From Chloroflexota bacterium (GTDB lineage: Bacteria > Chloroflexota > Dehalococcoidia > Lucifugimonadales > UBA3495): DNA of 27,779 nt. Under the pieces are notes generated by a model. That model was not told where the DNA came from, made no database searches, and saw only the letters and a list, made by a program, of their open reading frames with translations. The stretch lies in assembly GCA_027623675.1 (NCBI GenBank), contig JAQBVF010000036.1, forward strand, positions 1 through 27,779, given 5' to 3'. Shown here piece by piece: positions 1 to 6,563 of the stretch (its first letter is position 1; every line of letters starts with the position of its first letter). Both the position numbers and the translations under genes were made by a program.

Positions 1-120
1 TGGAAAGGTGGTTAGTGGTTAATAGAAAGCCCGTTCACACCCTACTCGAACCTGGCGTTCCCTTGGTGCCTGGTAGCTCAGCGCGGTCCACCTGGCGACC
101 ACCAACACCGCCAGCCCGTG

Positions 121-156
121 TTTCAGGCCGAGTTCAACTCTCCCCCGTCTCCACCA
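121..156 (+). other. Degenerate tmRNA/tRNA-Ala-like 3' end fragment (possible att-site relic)
   Basis: TTTCAGGCCGAG-TTCAACT-CTCCCC-CGTCTCC-A-CCA: T-loop-like heptamer, Ala-type acceptor 3' strand and CCA; T-stem only 3 bp and one extra base. Confidence 0.45.
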
Positions 157-188
157 CAAGCGCAGGCGTCTCCGAGAAAAGGGAAGTT

Positions 189-560
189 ATGTGCGAGCAT
201 TGCTCTGAAGCTACATTTCGGATGGATGAACTGCCCGCTGACAGCTTCGGCGAAGTAATGTGCGACGGTTGTGGTAAGTTCACGGCCAGCACTGCCTGGT
301 ACGAACGGCGGGTTGAATCGCACCTATGCGCCGAGCAGATGGAGAAGGATAATTTTCTACTCGATCAAGGTCACGGCGACTTCCTGCGCCAAGTTGGCCT
401 CCAGGAAGGGGTGGACTATCTTCCAATCGAAGGGGAGCAGCCATGTGATTACCCTGAGGGTAACCCTTTAATGGGCCAGGAGCTAATGGAATGTACCAGG
501 GCCGCGAAGTTCGCCAAGATGGTGGAGGAAATCTACAATTATTGCAACGTTTGTTCATGA
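189..560 (+). CDS. Small Cys-rich hypothetical protein (123 aa), probable Zn-binding
   Basis: ATG at 189 within ORF 15..560, purine-rich upstream (GAAAAGGGAAG); CEHC, CDGC and CNVC motifs; upstream in-frame extension looks non-coding. Confidence 0.65.
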   Translation: MCEHCSEATFRMDELPADSFGEVMCDGCGKFTASTAWYERRVESHLCAEQMEKDNFLLDQGHGDFLRQVGLQEGVDYLPIEGEQPCDYPEGNPLMGQELMECTRAAKFAKMVEEIYNYCNVCS

Positions 561-585
561 GAAGGCCAGGGCATTGCCCTACCCT

Positions 586-610
586 AAACAAACGGTCGGT
601 TGTTTGTTTT
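586..610. terminator. Inverted repeat between convergent genes, possible terminator
   Basis: AAACAAACGG-TCGG-TTGTTTGTTT between the stop at 560 and the resolvase stop at 653; AT-rich stem, so weak. Confidence 0.35.
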
Positions 611-652
611 GGCTGCTAGGCGTGGCGTTTACGCCTAAGTTTGGGACACCCT

Positions 653-1174
653 TTATTTGGTGGCGTATCTGGCGAAATACCCAGACCGTTTGCGTTTCTT
701 AGAATCTTTGCGCCCGGGTGGCCTCCCGAGGCGCTTACCCTCAGACTTCGCCCGCTCCAGACCTTCCAGGGTTCGTTCCACAATCAAAGACCTCTCAAAC
801 TCGGCGACAGCGGCAAGGACGCCGAGGATCAACTTCCCGGTGCTGGTGACGGTGTCCACCGGCTGGGTCGTCGCGATGAATCCGACGTGGTGCCGGTCCA
901 GGTAGGCCAAGTTATCGTAGGTGTCCTTGGCGGAGCGAAAGGCGCGGTCCAGCTTTGTAACCGCAACGGCGTCGATGCCGCCCTTCCGCACGTGGTCCCG
1001 CAGCTTCCGCCAGGCCGTCCGCTCCCGCATGTTGGTGGCCGAAGCGGTATCCACGTACTCGGCCACCACCTGCCAGCCGTGGCCAGCGGCGTACTCCCGG
1101 AGGGCGTGTAGCTGCGTCTCCGGCGTCTGGTCCTTATCTCGGGTGCTAACCCTGGCGTACAAGGCCGTTCTCAT
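653..1174 (-). CDS. Small serine recombinase (resolvase/invertase family), no C-terminal HTH
   Basis: YARVST catalytic Ser motif, TKLDRAFRS, 'GKLILGVLAAVAEFERSLIVERTLEGLERAKSEGKRLGRP' E-helix. Confidence 0.93.
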   Translation of the reverse strand: MRTALYARVSTRDKDQTPETQLHALREYAAGHGWQVVAEYVDTASATNMRERTAWRKLRDHVRKGGIDAVAVTKLDRAFRSAKDTYDNLAYLDRHHVGFIATTQPVDTVTSTGKLILGVLAAVAEFERSLIVERTLEGLERAKSEGKRLGRPPGRKDSKKRKRSGYFARYATK

Positions 1175-1180
1175 CGGTTG

Positions 1181-1501
1181 CTACCTTTTTGGGATTCCAT
1201 CCCGCAACTCGCGCTCGTGGCGGTCGAGACACTTGGCGCACGTCCGGGCCGTAATCCACCGCCGGCCGCCCGGCGCTTCCGGGCATACCAGCCTCGATGC
1301 CGCGTAGAGTTCGCCCGGCGCGATCTGGCGGCCGCAGTAGCTGCAAGGATGCTGTATTCGCGCCCGGCGCGTTGTTGCGGGGGCAACCTGGAAGTACTCC
1401 AGCAGCGGCTCCGGCCTGGGCCTGGGCCGGGCCTGCGGTAGGCGCGGACGGCGAGACCGTCCCGCCAAGAAACGTGAAAAATCTCCGCGGCGGCCAATCA
1501 T
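1181..1501 (-). CDS. Phage-type Zn-finger hypothetical protein (106 aa)
   Basis: RRARIQHPCSYCGRQIAPGELY...TCAKC; ATG at 1501 overlaps the upstream TGA (ATGA coupling); ends 6 bp before the resolvase start. Confidence 0.65.
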   Translation of the reverse strand: MIGRRGDFSRFLAGRSRRPRLPQARPRPRPEPLLEYFQVAPATTRRARIQHPCSYCGRQIAPGELYAASRLVCPEAPGGRRWITARTCAKCLDRHERELRDGIPKR

Positions 1502-1767
1502 CCGCCCCCGGCTTCCGGCGAGGGGCAGCGGCCGTGGCGGACCCCGCCGCCGGGCAGGTATATCCTTTCGTCCCGGTCCACCGGCTTGCCGCAGGAGGCG
1601 CAACCGTTACCGGCCGAAAAATCCTGGGGGGTATATGGCTGAGGAATGGACGCAATGGACGCAATGGACGCAGGGCCGCCCCCATTAGGCACGAATTGGC
1701 CTGTGGGTGAGTCCATTTCCCCTGTCTCTAGGCTCGAATTCCCCTCTGGTGAGTCCATTGCGTCCAA
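1498..1767 (-). pseudogene. Probable C-terminal remnant of a phage/plasmid replication-type protein
   Basis: TTG start without an obvious RBS, repeat-encoded MDAMDS...SIASIASI segment, terminal CASC...HGRC metal-binding motif, stop coupled to the next ATG. Confidence 0.4.
1645..1767. repeat. ATGGAC-core repeat cluster (direct and inverted)
   Basis: AATGGACGC x3 at 1645-1671; inverted copies GGTGAGTCCATT at 1706-1717 and 1748-1759, plus GCGTCCAA 1760-1767. Confidence 0.85.
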
Positions 1768-1832
1768 TGACCTCTTCTGCTCGGGTTGTAAGTTTTAGAC
1801 TTCATTGCTCCTTCTCGTTGGTCTATTTAGGG

Positions 1833-3866
1833 TTACTTGCTTGTTCGCCGGGCCTTGTCGGTTTGAATTCCTGCGGGTTTTTTCTTAGGCCATACCAGCG
1901 CATCAGACCACCACTCGGGGTAGAGATGGGGCCATCTTTCCCAGTGGGCCTCGAACTGGGCGTCCAGGATGTAGCATTCAGCCCAGTCTTTCTCATGCCT
2001 CACCGCCCGACCCGTCATCTGCACTAGCGTTCTGGCCGTTTCCAGCGCAAACCAGACCGCTCCCCTCTTGGCTCTGAGCCTAGCTTTGACTGCCGGGTCT
2101 CCGAGTGACGGGTACGGCAGTTTGCAGACGACGATCACCCGGCATAAGTCATCATCAAGGGACACACCCCTGTCCATCGACGGCGCAATCAAGACCAGGG
2201 GTTTAGGGGAGTTCTTGAAGGTCTCAAGGGTCCTATCGCGTTCGGTGGCACTGGTATAGACCAGCATCCGACTCTGGTGTCTAGACATCTCGAAGATGCG
2301 CTGGACTCGGCCATACGATACGGCGTGCACCAGGACCTTCACATCGGGATGGAGGTCTAGAATCCGGTCTAGTTCGGCCACAACCTTGGGTAACTCAGTG
2401 TCTTCGTTCTGTCGATTGAGCGAAGCCGCAGGAGTGAAATAAACTGGCCGATTCTCCACTGGGAAGCTGGAGGGCAGGTCGATGAACTTGACGCTGTTCT
2501 GCGGTATCCCAAGGTCTAAACAGAATTGGCTACGGTTGGAGATGGTGGCCGACATGAAGACGACCTTGTCGGCCTTTTTCCACAACCGCTCCGGCGCGAA
2601 GCTGCTGACCCCGATCGGCTTGAGGGTCCACCGCTCCGGTATCCATACCCACTTCGTTTCGGACATCGATGCCAGGACTCTCTCGATGCTCTCAGCCAGC
2701 CCTTCTAGGGCACTGATATCCCTGGTGAGACGACGGTGCTCTAGCTCTTTGGCAGAACCGATCCGGGCCTGGTTGCGCTCCAAGCGACCATGAACAGCGG
2801 GTAGTACATGGCCGGTTAACCAGTCCTCCAAAGAGACCCCGATGTCCTCAGGCGTTCTTAGTCTCAGGTTAGAAACAATCGCTTCCCGGATATGCAACTC
2901 CATGAACCCAATCAAATGACCTTCGACCTGATCTGCTTCATCTATAACCAGCCAAGGGACATGCAGGAACGCTTCCTCATATTGGGAGATATGCAGGTAC
3001 ATGGAGAGGTTCAAGACAGGGAACGGGGCAGCTATCGCCTCGGCTTTGGCCATCTCGTAGGGGCAGCTTTCTTGCGCCGAACAAGGTGTCCTGTCCTTTC
3101 CCCGACCATGCTGCTCATCGCAACACAATCGGCAATGCCCATCGGTGCGTCTGCGCTCGCAGGACTCCGCGGTCACGTCGGGAAAGTCGTAGAGCAAGGT
3201 CGGATAGTTATTCCGCCCCTTCAGCTCCACACCAAAGAGATGATGGGCAACAGTTGAAAAATCAGCTATGACCTGGTCTTGAAGTTGTTTGGTGGTGCAT
3301 ACGTAGACCACCTGCTCCCCGGTCATTCGGGCCAGACCAGCGGCGATCAAGGTCTTGCCTGTCCCCGTCGGGGCCTGGACCACGACCACTTTCTTGTCGG
3401 TGCTGAGGATCCCCTCAAGCGCATCAATCTGCTGGGACCTGAATGCCGGGAACCTGGATGGGTTGAACCCCAGATCCGACGGGTCCAGGTCGGCCATCGA
3501 TGAGCCGGCAAGATGACCGCCGTCGGCCAGCATTGGAGACGAGGCCCCGGTCTCTTTGGGGTCGGGTGTCACCAGCCCTGAGCCAAGAGCTAGGACGGCG
3601 GCTACAGCATGGCTACATGGCTCAGAGGGGTCCTCCGTGGCCTCACATGAGCAGAGGTACTCCCCTCGGTCTATCAGCACGAAGTATTCCTTTTCCGTGT
3701 CCCCTAGAGCCGGTTGCCCGGTGATGGTCCACCCCCGGCCCGTCTTGTTGTCCTTGACCTGTTCCATGCGCCTCAGAGCTCGGTCTATGGTGGGCTCCGA
3801 CACCCTGAGGTTGGTCAGAAACCGGCGCGCTTTACGGGTATCTATAGATGACATTCTCATCACCAT
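1833..3866 (-). CDS. SWIM zinc-finger fused DinG/XPD-family SF2 helicase
   Basis: N-terminal CSC...PCSH (SWIM CxCx(n)CxH); Walker A QAPTGTGKT; LKGRNNY plus Cys cluster at the Fe-S position; VIDEAD; MSAT; GVSLDDDLCRVIVVCKLPYP; QMTGRAVRHEKDW. Start may be 3860 (TGATG overlap). Confidence 0.92.
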   Translation of the reverse strand: MVMRMSSIDTRKARRFLTNLRVSEPTIDRALRRMEQVKDNKTGRGWTITGQPALGDTEKEYFVLIDRGEYLCSCEATEDPSEPCSHAVAAVLALGSGLVTPDPKETGASSPMLADGGHLAGSSMADLDPSDLGFNPSRFPAFRSQQIDALEGILSTDKKVVVVQAPTGTGKTLIAAGLARMTGEQVVYVCTTKQLQDQVIADFSTVAHHLFGVELKGRNNYPTLLYDFPDVTAESCERRRTDGHCRLCCDEQHGRGKDRTPCSAQESCPYEMAKAEAIAAPFPVLNLSMYLHISQYEEAFLHVPWLVIDEADQVEGHLIGFMELHIREAIVSNLRLRTPEDIGVSLEDWLTGHVLPAVHGRLERNQARIGSAKELEHRRLTRDISALEGLAESIERVLASMSETKWVWIPERWTLKPIGVSSFAPERLWKKADKVVFMSATISNRSQFCLDLGIPQNSVKFIDLPSSFPVENRPVYFTPAASLNRQNEDTELPKVVAELDRILDLHPDVKVLVHAVSYGRVQRIFEMSRHQSRMLVYTSATERDRTLETFKNSPKPLVLIAPSMDRGVSLDDDLCRVIVVCKLPYPSLGDPAVKARLRAKRGAVWFALETARTLVQMTGRAVRHEKDWAECYILDAQFEAHWERWPHLYPEWWSDALVWPKKKPAGIQTDKARRTSK

Positions 3867-5158
3867 CCCTTCGGATACAGGAACCGAAATAGGTCCTCAG
3901 TTACCAGTCGCCCGTCCGGTAGTTCCAGGAAACGGCCATTCTTTATCCTCGAACGAAGCTTCAGGTAGAGGAACTTCCCGGCCGGTTTCAGCTCGCAGCC
4001 TGCGGTATCGCAGAGACATGGTCGGAACGGGGCAGACGGGGATGAGGACGGCCCTTTCTGGCGCGTCGAATCCGCATATTTCCAATCTTCTTTGCCTTTA
4101 GGCTGATTCGACGCAGGCAGCTTGGCTACAGTGTCCTTAAACCCCGGCATGATGCGGTAGTTCCCTTCGCCGTAACTCTGCTCCAGCGAGAGGAGGCCGT
4201 CTTCGGGGGTTATTGCTTCCTCGGCCACCAGCAATGGGATGGCCTGCTGAGCCATGCACCATAGCTCCGCGAAGAGGTCTGAAGGCTTTGCCCGCGGGTC
4301 AGTGTCTTGGCCCTCGACGCAGGCCGTGGGTCCGGCAACATCTGCCCAGGTCTCATAAATCTCATCGAGATCCAGGCTATCTCCGTCTCGGACCAGGAGC
4401 GCGAAGCTCCAGCCCTCTTCCATGCGGACAGGCACGCCAATGGTGTCACGGAAGGATTCGGCCAATGTTCTACGCTTCCTTAGTCTGGTCAAGGCCGACG
4501 AGAATTTCTCCCACGCCAGGTCGGAATGTAGCCACGCGATGGCGATCCGGGCCTCGCCGTAGACGCCGTCGACGCAGCGGTCTAGGGGTATTGTCTGGCC
4601 GTCTCCGTTTTTAAGACTGCGACGTTTCTGCATGTTGTAGACGGCGGTATGCCAGGAGCATTTTTCGTGGCCTAGGGCCTGGCACCGGATCGATGAATCG
4701 GGTTCAAACACTGAGCCCCGGCACTTAGTGCCCCGGAACCTGTCGTATCCCGCGCGTTTCAGGCATCGCCCGTACAGATCGTTCGCGTCGATGACCTGCT
4801 TGCGGGCCTTGGGGAACGACTCTTCGGCGGCGAGGCTCTCCGCGACGGGCAGCATCATCGAGATGCCATTTTTTACCGATCGGTCTCGGTCAGGGTCAAA
4901 AGTCCCAGATCGGGGGGACAGCGGTGTTGTGGTAGAATCAATCATGGACTTCATGGACTTCATGGACTTCATGGACTTCAATCTCCTTGGTGGTGCTGGG
5001 AGGTTCTGAAAGAGCGGACCGATTTGAGTGATTTCGGTCCGCTTTGATCTCCACAATGGACTCCCCTTAGCACGGCATTTCCACCACTGGCTGAGGAGGT
5101 CATATTTTCTTCGTTTCAACTTGGGCTTGAAGCTACTCGGTCTCCCATTTAGTCTCAT
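3860..5158 (-). CDS. Hypothetical protein, possible inactivated HUH rolling-circle Rep-like protein (true start uncertain, may be further in)
   Basis: Long ORF whose stop overlaps the helicase start; Cys/His clusters (CRG...CQALGHEKCSWH; CLCDTAGC); motif order resembles Rep_1-type initiators but HUH and catalytic Tyr are not visible. Confidence 0.6.
   Translation of the reverse strand: MRLNGRPSSFKPKLKRRKYDLLSQWWKCRAKGSPLWRSKRTEITQIGPLFQNLPAPPRRLKSMKSMKSMKSMIDSTTTPLSPRSGTFDPDRDRSVKNGISMMLPVAESLAAEESFPKARKQVIDANDLYGRCLKRAGYDRFRGTKCRGSVFEPDSSIRCQALGHEKCSWHTAVYNMQKRRSLKNGDGQTIPLDRCVDGVYGEARIAIAWLHSDLAWEKFSSALTRLRKRRTLAESFRDTIGVPVRMEEGWSFALLVRDGDSLDLDEIYETWADVAGPTACVEGQDTDPRAKPSDLFAELWCMAQQAIPLLVAEEAITPEDGLLSLEQSYGEGNYRIMPGFKDTVAKLPASNQPKGKEDWKYADSTRQKGPSSSPSAPFRPCLCDTAGCELKPAGKFLYLKLRSRIKNGRFLELPDGRLVTEDLFRFLYPKGW
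4942..4980. repeat. 9-bp tandem repeat (TCATGGACT x4.3)
   Basis: Exact tandem copies; encode MKSMKSMKSM in the 432-aa ORF. Confidence 0.95.
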
Positions 5159-5170
5159 TCGTGCTAAGAT
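5127..5170 (+). promoter_or_regulatory. Candidate sigma70-type promoter(s) antisense to the island operon
   Basis: TTGAAG(5127-5132)-17 bp-TAGTCT(5150-5155); also extended -10 TGcTAAGAT (5162-5170). Confidence 0.4.
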
Positions 5171-5215
5171 GGAAAAGAGTTAACTTCTTCGACCGGAGTG
5201 AACTCAGTGAAATGT

Positions 5216-5246
5216 GGGCCGCCGTTCAACCCGGCGGTCCTTTTTT
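5216..5246 (+). terminator. Intrinsic terminator on + strand (antisense to flanking genes)
   Basis: GGGCCGCCG-TTCAACC-CGGCGGTCC-TTTTTT. Confidence 0.75.
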
Positions 5247-5278
5247 GTTGGCTGGGCTTAATTCAGCCTTGGGAATTG

Positions 5279-5422
5279 TTACCCGGGAACTGCTTCCTCG
5301 GTGTCGGGATCAATCTCGACCTCACAAATCGGGCAGCTAATGTTCTCGTCTGGATCGATTGCGCTCTCGTCTATACCGAAATGGGTGCCGCAATTAGGGC
5401 ACCGAATCATTGAAATCTTCAT
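5279..5422 (-). CDS. Small acidic Zn-ribbon protein (47 aa; not in ORF track)
   Basis: RBS TAAGGAG; MKISMIRCPNCGTHFGIDESAIDPDENISCPICEVEIDPDTEEAVPG with two CPxC knuckles. Confidence 0.75.
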   Translation of the reverse strand: MKISMIRCPNCGTHFGIDESAIDPDENISCPICEVEIDPDTEEAVPG

Positions 5423-5482
5423 GAGGTCTCCTTATCTAGGGACTAGTTATTCGCTGCTGTGAGCATTCCATTGGGGCGGTTC

Positions 5483-5662
5483 CTAGTGGTCGGGCGGACC
5501 CCGTGAACCCACTCCTTGGGGCCGGATAATAAGCTCTTTCTCGGCAACCACTTGAACGAAATCACCCGCCTTGATATCGAAATAGGCAAGCCACGCCTTT
5601 GGCAGTGTGATTGCCAGGCTCCGACCTGCGGCATATATTCTTCGGTGCTCAAGTATGGGCAT
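5483..5662 (-). CDS. AbrB/MazE/SpoVT-family DNA-binding protein (59 aa; not in ORF track)
   Basis: RBS AGGGGG; MPILEHRRIYAAGRSLAITLPKAWLAYFDIKAGDFVQVVAEKELIIRP... fits the swapped-hairpin pattern (GxSLxITLPK, I-x-x-GD-x-V, LIIRP). Confidence 0.85.
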   Translation of the reverse strand: MPILEHRRIYAAGRSLAITLPKAWLAYFDIKAGDFVQVVAEKELIIRPQGVGSRGPPDH

Positions 5663-6057
5663 TGCTGAACCCCCTGATTTAATTAAGGACTCCCTTCTGA
5701 CTGTGGCTGCCGACGCCTCACGGCTATGCCCAATCCCCCGGCCTGGTCCGCGCTGTCGCGAATGGCGGACACGACCTTATCTGGCAACAGCGACGGCAAG
5801 GTTCCTCCCTATGGAGCCGCCGAGGTTTCGGAAACCATCGGCGGCTCAAGTTCGTTTATGAGGCATTCTTTGGGTGCCAACGTTTCAAGGCTGACTCAAG
5901 GCCCCAGCCACGGTCGCCTTCCCGCTGCCTCCCGCTCGCCTTGCCTGCGGCGACTGCAAGCTCTGATTTGCCGGTGAGTGGGTCACGCGCAGCTTCGTGA
6001 CGCCGGAGTGCGGCGAGACGAATGCGCATTCTTCGGACGTGCTCGCGGTCTGCAGGG

Positions 6058-6264
6058 CTACCCACTCGAAGTCCTGCCAATGGGACTCGCTGCCGCTTCG
6101 TCGCCGAACCACATCGAGCGGAAGTCGGCAACGTCGCGTTCGTGAAAACGCCGGTGCCCGCTGGGGAGTCTGTAACCGTTGAGCAATCCCTGGTCCGACC
6201 AGCGTCGCACGGTGTCCGGGGATACCCCTAGATGGTTCGCAACTTGCTTGACCGTCATGTGCAT
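6058..6264 (-). CDS. MerR-type HTH excisionase-like DNA-binding protein
   Basis: MTVKQVANHLGVSPDTVRRWSDQGLL...RLPSGHRRF motif; located near the integrase. Confidence 0.88.
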   Translation of the reverse strand: MHMTVKQVANHLGVSPDTVRRWSDQGLLNGYRLPSGHRRFHERDVADFRSMWFGDEAAASPIGRTSSG

Positions 6265-6511
6265 GAGTCCAGTTTTACAAGATTTGCGAAGGCTACGAAA
6301 TGGGGAAATAGTGAATAGGAAAAACTCCCCAGGGTGCCCGGGAATAAAGAAATGAGGTCAGACCTAGAAGGCTCCCAGAGCCTGGATACGAGCCGTAGAA
6401 GAGCAACATCAACTCCGAATTACGGGACTGCCCTGGTAGCTGACCGATGATGCGCTCTTTCAACCGTAAACGAAGCTAAACCTTCAACCTTAGGTCACAT
6501 CAAGACCAGGC

Positions 6512-6539
6512 AAAAAAAGACCCCGAGGATGTCGGGGCC
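6512..6539 (-). terminator. Intrinsic terminator of the integrase operon
   Basis: Minus strand GGCCCCGA-CATCC-TCGGGGTC-TTTTTTT, 24 bp after the stop at 6564. Confidence 0.8.
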
Positions 6540-6563
6540 AATTGGAGCCGATGCGGGCCGTCT

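Noticed and set aside
67..90. tRNA-like 5' motif GCCTGGTAGCTCAG
   Set aside because: No D-arm closure, anticodon arm or matching acceptor strand follows.
886..906. TGGTGCC...CCAGGT as the second att site of the tRNA-Arg island
   Set aside because: Short gapped match inside the resolvase coding sequence; likely chance.
641..1710. Plus-strand and alternative-frame ORFs over the resolvase/Zn-finger block
   Set aside because: Arg/Pro/Ala-rich shadow ORFs typical of high-GC sequence, with no motifs.
1833..3866. CasDinG of a type IV CRISPR system
   Set aside because: No csf/cas6 genes or array visible in the window.
5443..5652. 69-aa ORF from the track
   Set aside because: An overlapping frame (5483-5662) has an SD and a clear AbrB/MazE motif; this one has neither.
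5279..5662. Type II toxin-antitoxin pair
   Set aside because: The gene after the AbrB-type ORF is a 47-aa acidic Zn-ribbon with no PIN, MazF, Doc or RelE features.
6420..6500. Hammerhead-like CTGA...GAA sequence
   Set aside because: Core CUGAnGA/GAAA and the three stems could not be assembled.
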